Under the pieces are notes generated by a model, which saw only the letters and a program-made list of their open reading frames with translations, had not been told where the DNA came from and did not search any database. From Candidatus Methylomirabilis oxygeniifera (GTDB lineage Bacteria; Methylomirabilota; Methylomirabilia; Methylomirabilales; Methylomirabilaceae), in assembly GCA_000091165.1 (NCBI GenBank), contig FP565575.1:960001-992000 (forward strand): a DNA stretch of 32,000 bases, in the 5' to 3' direction. Numbering within the stretch: position 1 is the stretch's first letter; each line of letters begins with the position of its first letter. The translations under genes were made by a program, and so were the position numbers. This document shows, piece after piece, positions 25,695-32,000 of the stretch.

Positions 25695-26395
25695 GGTTGA
25701 TCCGATTCCTTAATGAGGCTTGACTGGGATGGCCACTGTTCCTTTATCCACTTGTCATACTCCTCAGTAGTGTGGACGGTCAAATGTCCGACCATCCCGG
25801 AGTGGCCGAAACCGCAGAGTTCGGTGCAGGGGATCTCGAACACACCGATTTTGGTGGCCTGGAACCAGGCATGAAACTCTCGTCCGGGTATCACGTTCTG
25901 CTGCAGGCGCAAGTTCGGTAGGAACAGACTATGGATGACATCTTTTGACTTGAGGGTGACGCCGACAACCTTGTTCACCGGGACGTGGATCTCATTGTCG
26001 ATTTGCAAATCATCCGCCGATCCGAACCGGCCGTCAGGTCCTGGATAGAGGATCTCCCAGTTGAACTGCTTTCCTGTCACCTGTATCTGGAGTTCGCTCG
26101 GCGGCGCTTGCAGCTTGACCCTCGCCCAGGCATCGCCTCCGCGAAAGTCGATCCACAAGTCGAGCATCAGGACGAGTGCGGTCGGGACGAGAATCCAAGC
26201 GGCCTGCGAAAGCTTCTCGCCCGTGATGTAGGCGGCACGCTTCCCCGCGCGGTGGCGGAAGAGCAGCGCGAAAACGATAAGGGCTCCAACCGTCACGATG
26301 AACCAGGCCAGCGTGATGTAATAGATCATCCAGAAGAGCGAGTCGATCTCCGCCCCATAGGTTGAGATATTCTCTGGGAGCCAGTTTAGGAACAT
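25691..26395 (-). CDS. Cytochrome c oxidase subunit II (CuA-binding, no fused cytochrome c domain)
   Basis: TGKQFNWEILYPG, SKDVIHSLFLPNLRLQQNVIPG, CuA motif CTELCGFGHSGM. Two N-terminal TM segments. Confidence 0.94.
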   Translation of the reverse strand: MFLNWLPENISTYGAEIDSLFWMIYYITLAWFIVTVGALIVFALLFRHRAGKRAAYITGEKLSQAAWILVPTALVLMLDLWIDFRGGDAWARVKLQAPPSELQIQVTGKQFNWEILYPGPDGRFGSADDLQIDNEIHVPVNKVVGVTLKSKDVIHSLFLPNLRLQQNVIPGREFHAWFQATKIGVFEIPCTELCGFGHSGMVGHLTVHTTEEYDKWIKEQWPSQSSLIKESDQP

Positions 26396-26532
26396 CGCTC
26401 GCGCGCCTCGGTTCCATTCGTCACGTTATGATAGCCATTCAGTGTAAGAAGTATTCAAGGCGTTTCTAGCATTCGCCTAAGAAGGTGTCAATGTTAATTC
26501 CGTAAAGGTACCGGTTTCCCGAAAGTAGCATT

Positions 26533-26636
26533 CAGTGGTCAGCGCTCAGCCGTAGGTCGGGTTAGCGTAGCGTAACCCGACAACTCAGCCAGATTGAAGG
26601 GGATGTCAGAAGAGCTGAGCGCTGAAAGCCGAGCGC
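26533..26636. repeat. Nested inverted/heptamer repeat region between the minus-strand DUF748 gene and the cox operon
   Basis: Outer pair AGCGCTCAGC (26541-26550)/GCTGAGCGCT (26614-26623); inner palindrome GTCGGGTTAGCGTAGCGTAACCCGAC (26556-26581); heptamers CAGTGGT CAGCGCT CAGCCGT and GCTGAGC GCTGAAA GCCGAGC. Confidence 0.8.
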
Positions 26637-26641
26637 TTCAT

Positions 26642-29641
26642 TTAGCGGATCCTGAAATCAACGCGGCTTTGCTTCAGCGCGTTGCGTTTCTCAGGCGCGA
26701 GCGACTTGGGTTCGATAATGAACAGGCGTTCCGATTCGACCTTATTGGATTGCAGGATGGCCTCCTTTACCTTCAGGGCGCGGTGAGCGACCAGCAGCCG
26801 CAAGTCGTCATCGGTGATCTGAATGTGGGTCAGCATCAGCTTCTCCATTTCTGGAATCGGGAGATCTTTTGCAAAGCCTAAGATGTTGCGTGGCTTGGGA
26901 AATGTTTCCGCTTTGTACGCCAGTTTCAGGTATGGCTCGTACTCAGCGGGTTCAAGGCTCAGTTCGTCCGCCGGGATCGACGGCTGCCCTTGCTTGAGGC
27001 GCTGTTTGAATTTCTGAACCTTCAGCTTTCTCATGAACTGACCCTGCCGCAGTCCTTCTCTGTCCTTCTCAATATCAGCATGGCCTTCGATGTCGAGCTT
27101 CAGCGTGGGCCGCTCATACAGCGCCTTGACCAGCGTCTCAATTTTTTTGGCGTTCGCATCCGAGACGGTCGCGGTCCCTGGTTCGTACTCAAGATATCCC
27201 AGTTCTTCCCCACCCCCCATCAGTGCTCCGAGCAGGGCGAATGGAGCCGTCGCCGCTTTTGCGATGAGGTTGACGAGGATCTGTAGCACGACCTTCCAGA
27301 CGCTGAACTGAGGATCATCGAGGCTGCCGCTTACCGGGAGATCAAGATGGATCTCGCCATTTCTATTCTTAAGCAAGGCGATGGCCAATCTGACCGGCAA
27401 GTTGGTTGCGGTCGGACTTTCCACCTGCTCCCCCAGGGTAAACTGATCCAGAAACAGAGTATTTGTGGAATCCAGCTTCCGTTTGGCAATCTGATAATTC
27501 AGATCGAAGGAAAGCTTGCCCTTCTCGATCGTGTAGCCGACATATTTTCCGGAGTAAGGGGTCATGGGACTGAGGTCCATGTCCTTGAACCTGGCCTTCA
27601 GGTCCACATAAAGGTCTTCGCGCAGCGGATTGATCTTCCCCACGATCTCAAGGGGCGCAAACTGATTGACCTTGCCCCTGAGTTCAACATCCGCAAGAGT
27701 AGTTTCACCTGACGACAGTCCGGACACCCTCCCACCGAGTTCTGCCAAGTCCATGGAATAAGGCGGTTTCACTGAAGCGTCCGAGAAACTAATGCGTCCG
27801 CCTTGAAGCGTAATCGTCCGGATCCGGACATCGGTGCCGGCTTGACCGGAGGTCTCAGCAGTGGTAGGCGGCGGGGTGGTCGTTGACGTATCCGGGGACG
27901 CCGGCTTTTCCTCGCGGGTTCCCTTCTCCATAATCTGGGCAAGATTGACCGAGCCATCCGGATGAACAATCAGACGGGCATAGAAGTCGGTTAGCGCAAC
28001 CTTAGCGATATGGACGTATGTCGGATTGTAGCCGACATCGAGGTCGCCGAACGCGAGCGACTGCCAGGCGAGGAACTCCTGCGCGTGCGCCTTATCGACT
28101 GATCCGAAGCCGGCGACGGACAGTTTTCCCCTGTAGGCAGCCTGCATACCGGAGCCTTCCGGGTAGCTTAACGACAGATTGCCGTCGGTTGACAGGGCGC
28201 CTTTCGTGACGTGGATCTTGACCCGATCAGTGAAATAGGGTTGAAATGGGCGGAGATCGATCGCTTTGACGCGTACGGCCAATTGGGCGGATAGTGGCGT
28301 CAGACCGAGCGGACCCTCAACTGAGGCCGTTCCCCCCTTGTTCAGGCGAAAAGAGACGGCGGTTGTACCCTGGCGGCCCGTTGCGGTCGAGAGGTTATCG
28401 AGCCTCGCGTTGATGTCCGAGGCTACGATGCCGACCGGCTCGGCAGGGGCGTCATCCCCGGAAGGCTTCTCAGTTTTGGATGGCATCCCCGCAGCCGCAT
28501 CCGAAAAGGAAAGTATCCCCTTACTCAGTTGAAACGCGTCGATATCCACTACGGCAGGGGCGGGCGCATCTTGAGCCTTGACATCGGTGGAGGAATCCGG
28601 ATTACGGGGAAAGAGGGACTGGATATTCGTTATCCCATTGGGATCGCGTCTGATGAACAGTTCCGGTGATTCCAGCGTTACGGATGCCACATGAAAGAGC
28701 CCGGCAAGGGGTTCCGTGGACGCGAGCGAGAGGTCCAGAAGCGGGAACGTAAGGAGCGGTTGCCCCTGCGCGTCGCTTACGGAGACCTGCCGCAGTGCGA
28801 AGCGACCTTCTACCGTCAAGGTCTGCCTTTGGTGTTGAACGAAGGAGAGTTGCGCCTTAACGGTCAACTTCCCTGAACGGATCTTGAAGTTGGCCTCGAT
28901 CGGTACATACGCGAGATAGTGGGGAATATCGAGATCGGCGATATCGATATCGAAAGTGGTCTGCCGAGAGGAGGCAAACGGTTTTGTCTTACCTTCAAGG
29001 GCATACTGACTGCCGTTGATCGTCGCCGACAATCGTGGTTCGACAGATGTCTCCAGGTAGTGGGGGAAGTTTGAGAGAAACGGGATCGCGATATTCGCGT
29101 CTCTGACGGTGTGACTTGTCTGCTTTGGCTGATCGATGAGGTCGACGCTGCCGCCTACGATCTGGATATTATTCAATGAAAACTTCGGCGGGGCAGCATT
29201 GCCGCCTTGATCCGAACTGCCTGCGCCCAAGAGATCGGAGAAGTTGTAGGAGCCGTCCTGATGGTGCACGATCCGAATATAGGGCCGGTCCAGGCGCACC
29301 TCCTTCAGGATCAGCGCCAGACGAAACGCGGAAAAACTCTGGAGATTAATGAAGAGTTGATCGAACGACGCGAACGTTTCGGGTGTCTCGCGGTCCTTGA
29401 CCGTGACACCTCTGATGGTGAGTGAGAGCGCGAAAGGATTGATCTTGATCTGTTGGATCGTGACCTCGCGGTGCAGCGTCTCCGACAATGTTCGTATCAG
29501 AAATGATCTCGCAAGCGGAGGCAGCCCAAAGAACGCAAACAGTATCATGGCAGCAAAGACCGCGCCGAACCAGATGAGTAGTTTCCGGAAACGGTGCAGG
29601 GGCGACAGTCGGCCCAAGAACGATATCGTCGAAGGGCTCAT
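26642..29641 (-). CDS. Large AsmA-like DUF748 domain protein, cell-envelope associated
   Basis: Start ATG at 29641 after an implausible 42-codon extension. N-terminal TM, then TIQQIKINPFALSLTIRGVTVKD, long beta-rich repeats, LALLKNRNGEIHLDLPVSGSLDDPQFSVWKVVLQILVNLIAKAATAPFALLGAL, LDIEGHAD: DUF748 pattern. Confidence 0.85.
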   Translation of the reverse strand: MSPSTISFLGRLSPLHRFRKLLIWFGAVFAAMILFAFFGLPPLARSFLIRTLSETLHREVTIQQIKINPFALSLTIRGVTVKDRETPETFASFDQLFINLQSFSAFRLALILKEVRLDRPYIRIVHHQDGSYNFSDLLGAGSSDQGGNAAPPKFSLNNIQIVGGSVDLIDQPKQTSHTVRDANIAIPFLSNFPHYLETSVEPRLSATINGSQYALEGKTKPFASSRQTTFDIDIADLDIPHYLAYVPIEANFKIRSGKLTVKAQLSFVQHQRQTLTVEGRFALRQVSVSDAQGQPLLTFPLLDLSLASTEPLAGLFHVASVTLESPELFIRRDPNGITNIQSLFPRNPDSSTDVKAQDAPAPAVVDIDAFQLSKGILSFSDAAAGMPSKTEKPSGDDAPAEPVGIVASDINARLDNLSTATGRQGTTAVSFRLNKGGTASVEGPLGLTPLSAQLAVRVKAIDLRPFQPYFTDRVKIHVTKGALSTDGNLSLSYPEGSGMQAAYRGKLSVAGFGSVDKAHAQEFLAWQSLAFGDLDVGYNPTYVHIAKVALTDFYARLIVHPDGSVNLAQIMEKGTREEKPASPDTSTTTPPPTTAETSGQAGTDVRIRTITLQGGRISFSDASVKPPYSMDLAELGGRVSGLSSGETTLADVELRGKVNQFAPLEIVGKINPLREDLYVDLKARFKDMDLSPMTPYSGKYVGYTIEKGKLSFDLNYQIAKRKLDSTNTLFLDQFTLGEQVESPTATNLPVRLAIALLKNRNGEIHLDLPVSGSLDDPQFSVWKVVLQILVNLIAKAATAPFALLGALMGGGEELGYLEYEPGTATVSDANAKKIETLVKALYERPTLKLDIEGHADIEKDREGLRQGQFMRKLKVQKFKQRLKQGQPSIPADELSLEPAEYEPYLKLAYKAETFPKPRNILGFAKDLPIPEMEKLMLTHIQITDDDLRLLVAHRALKVKEAILQSNKVESERLFIIEPKSLAPEKRNALKQSRVDFRIR

Positions 29642-30444
29642 GGCTCGGACACCAGACGCACCTCCCGTTGTGGAAACGGGATGGCGATGCGACTGTCCTG
29701 AAATCGTTCCACAATGGTCTGGTAAAGCTCCGCCTGGGCAGTCTCGTAATCGTCGACCTTGACCCACGGACGGACGGAGATGACGATGGCCGAATCATCG
29801 AGCATAGTGATACCCACCAGCGGAATCGGCTCCTTCAGCACATATGCGCTGTCCTCAAGTATCTGTCGCACGAGCCCCATCGTATCGTTCAGATCCGTGC
29901 CGTACGCGACGCCTACTTTCATGTTCATTTGACGCATGGCGCCAAAATTGTGCAGGATCTCTCCAACAATCTTGCGATTGGGAATAACGACCTTTGACAG
30001 ATCCGGATGAACGAGTATCGTTGAAAAAAGGTCGATCGACTTCACCTCGCCCTCCTCCCCTAGCACATCGATATACTCGCCGACACGGTACGGCTTTGTA
30101 AAAATAATCGTCAGTCCGGCAATGACGTTGCTTAAGACGCCTTGAAGTGCCAGTCCAAGGCCAATCCCCGCCACACCCAGGCCGGCGAGGAACGGGGAGA
30201 TCTGAATCCCCAGGTTATCGACGGCTACCACAAATGTCAGGAGAATCACGACCACACGGATCGTGCGGACGATCAGGATACGAACTGGAGGCTCAATCTG
30301 CTGGCGTGACACCCATGAGTGAACGACATTCCCGATCCATCGGGCCACGAGCAGACCGGCCGCCAGGATGATCATGGCCCCGAGAACCTTGAATCCGTAA
30401 CGGATGGTGAGGTCGATTACGAGGTCTGTCGGCGACATGGTCAT
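29638..30444 (-). CDS. mscS: Small-conductance mechanosensitive channel (MscS family)
   Basis: FLAGLGVAGIGLGLALQGVLSNVIAGLTIIFTKPYRVGEYIDVLGEEGEVKSIDLFSTILVHPDLSKVVIPNRKIV. Four-nt overlap with the DUF748 start. Confidence 0.93.
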   Translation of the reverse strand: MTMSPTDLVIDLTIRYGFKVLGAMIILAAGLLVARWIGNVVHSWVSRQQIEPPVRILIVRTIRVVVILLTFVVAVDNLGIQISPFLAGLGVAGIGLGLALQGVLSNVIAGLTIIFTKPYRVGEYIDVLGEEGEVKSIDLFSTILVHPDLSKVVIPNRKIVGEILHNFGAMRQMNMKVGVAYGTDLNDTMGLVRQILEDSAYVLKEPIPLVGITMLDDSAIVISVRPWVKVDDYETAQAELYQTIVERFQDSRIAIPFPQREVRLVSEP

Positions 30445-30509
30445 AGCGTAGGTCTCTCCTGCCTGTTGTGGTTCATCGGTAGTACCCCTCTTCCAGACCG
30501 CTACTCCGG

Positions 30510-31286
30510 TTATCTGGAGAAGACCTCTTTGAGAAGATCGGTCACGCGAGCCGTCGGATCGGTCCTGATCTTGCGTTCCTCTTCACCCAATACATGGAAC
30601 AGTCCGCCGAGACCCTGAGAGACGACATACTGATCGATGTCAAATGCCGTACTCTTTACGAAAGGGATGGATTGATACAGCGCGATCAGGTCCTTGTATT
30701 GCCGAACGACGCCGACCTCATTCATCGTCTGCTCGACGACCGGCCGAAAGGCGGCGATCAACTGGTTCGAGGTCTTGACCTTAAAGTAGTCTGTGGCTGC
30801 CGTCTCGCCTCCGGCGAGGATCGTACGGGCATCATCGAACGTCATCGCAGAGAGGGCATCGGTGAAGATCTGCGCAGCGGCTGGAGCCGCCCGCTCAGCA
30901 GCCTGATTCATGCTTTGTATCAACGCATCTACCTGATAGCCGTACCCGGCCATCCGCATCGTGGTCTCCAGCATTTGAAGTTGTTGCGGCATCAGAATCC
31001 TGATCGCCGGGTTGCCGAAGTATCCATTCGACCTCCCGGTCAACGCAACGGCATTCTGCGTGCCGATCCGTAACGCCTCTTTCAGGCCTGAGCCGATCGT
31101 TCCAGCATCGAGCCCGTCCTGCGGGCCTGACCCGAAGCCCGTGAAAGGCTGAGTGAAGGGCCACCATCGGGGAGCCGGAACATTCTGCCCTTGCGCGGCT
31201 GCCTGTTGTCGATCGGCGAGGATAAGCGTCAGGAGGCACAGGACGAGTGTAGCACATCGTGTTCTAAATTTCTTTTGCATCGCCAA
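30510..31286 (-). CDS. DUF4197 domain protein, secreted/periplasmic
   Basis: Signal-like N-terminus (TRCATLVLCLLTLILADRQQAAA); GLKEALRIGTQNAVALTGRSNGYFGNPAIRILMPQQLQMLETTMRMAGYG...ALSAMTFDDARTILAGGETAATDYFK. Confidence 0.8.
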   Translation of the reverse strand: MAMQKKFRTRCATLVLCLLTLILADRQQAAAQGQNVPAPRWWPFTQPFTGFGSGPQDGLDAGTIGSGLKEALRIGTQNAVALTGRSNGYFGNPAIRILMPQQLQMLETTMRMAGYGYQVDALIQSMNQAAERAAPAAAQIFTDALSAMTFDDARTILAGGETAATDYFKVKTSNQLIAAFRPVVEQTMNEVGVVRQYKDLIALYQSIPFVKSTAFDIDQYVVSQGLGGLFHVLGEEERKIRTDPTARVTDLLKEVFSR

Positions 31287-31355
31287 CCTCCTGTGTGGAC
31301 GCGAATGATCGGCCTTGCGACGCGCCGATCAGGCGAAGACTGCGCCATGGTCCCT

Positions 31356-31790
31356 TTAGATTGCAGATGTGCAGTAAGCGCAGCGCGTGGCCTCCAGGTG
31401 AATACTAGACAGACAGTGAGGGCACGACTTTGTCGTCGGTGCGACCGGCGCTGCTTCAGGCTTCCTTTTCATGCGGTTGATTTGCCTGATCAGCAGGAAG
31501 ATCGCAAAGGCCACGATCAGGAAATCCGACACGGTGTTCAGGAACACTCCGTAATTGATGGTGGCCGCACCCGCAGCCTTGGCTGCGGCGAGCGTTGGAT
31601 GGTTATTGCCGGAGAGATCGACGAACAGGCCGGAAAAATCGGCCTTGCCGACCAAGAGGCCGACGGGGGGCATAAGAATATCGGCTACAAAAGAACTGAC
31701 GATCTTGCCGAAGGCGGCGCCGATAACGATCCCGATGGCCATGTCGAGGACATTTCCGCGCATCACGAATTCTTTGAACTCCTTAAGCAT
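31356..31790 (-). CDS. mscL: Large-conductance mechanosensitive channel with C-terminal zinc-ribbon-like CxxC pair
   Basis: [56 protein letters not shown]...[23 protein letters not shown]. Start chosen at 31790 rather than 31871. Confidence 0.95.
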   Translation of the reverse strand: MLKEFKEFVMRGNVLDMAIGIVIGAAFGKIVSSFVADILMPPVGLLVGKADFSGLFVDLSGNNHPTLAAAKAAGAATINYGVFLNTVSDFLIVAFAIFLLIRQINRMKRKPEAAPVAPTTKSCPHCLSSIHLEATRCAYCTSAI

Positions 31791-32000
31791 CTTCGTCCCT
31801 CCTTTTGTATAGTAGCGCGTTATTGTGTCTGCCTCTACGGCGACAGAGGGCGTCGTGGTCGCGCTTTTCACAAACGGCTTTCAACGGCCCCAATTTATGA
31901 ACAAGGGTGAGGCGGCGGCGTATGCAGATCCCCCCAGGTGTCGTTGACCTGTGCGATACGCGATCAGTGAATTGTGCCAACACCCGGTTATGAAGCAATC

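Noticed and set aside
31783-31998. 71-aa minus-strand ORF at the right edge
   Set aside because: Overlaps the mscL start region in another frame and shows no recognisable domain.
1-32000. CRISPR arrays, phage modules, toxin-antitoxin or restriction/defence systems, retron- or DGR-like structures
   Set aside because: Looked for spaced direct repeats, reverse transcriptase, nuclease/helicase and small paired ORFs. None is supported by the sequence; the only mobile gene content is the IS3-family element.

Overview
This 32 kb window, read on both strands, is mostly well-organised chromosomal core and metabolic DNA. From left to right: an NAD-linked Mo/W formate dehydrogenase (NuoF-like subunit cut by the left edge, catalytic subunit with Cys at the Sec/Cys ligand position); a YedF-type selenium-metabolism domain protein; modABC followed by a TupBC-like permease/ATPase pair with no second binding protein; a YdcH/DUF465 small protein, MoaC, an AcuC/HDAC-family deacetylase and a zinc-ribbon protein; a DgcZ-like (CZB-GGDEF) diguanylate cyclase cut in two by an intact IS3-family element; selA; tmk-holB-ricT/yaaT-metG-tatD; thiO (minus strand); a cytochrome c oxidase operon II-I-III-IV (minus strand); and a minus-strand block of DUF748, MscS, DUF4197 and MscL. 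I found no phage, CRISPR, tRNA/rRNA or recognisable defence system, and I cannot honestly claim a new multigene system. The observations most worth a second look are: (1) heptamer-periodic short repeats at several loci, one an in-frame 22-codon array inside holB whose minus strand is (GGGGGTT)4GGGGG, and others flanking selA in inverted orientation and supplying its stop codon; (2) a cleanly reconstructable IS insertion (4 bp TSD GTAT, 1267 bp) where removing the element restores a 294-aa CZB-GGDEF reading frame; (3) selenium genes (selA, yedF-like) beside a Cys-type formate dehydrogenase; (4) three further palindromic or inverted repeats, one inside the cox operon. The gene content is compatible with an NC10-like bacterium, but that placement is only a weak inference.
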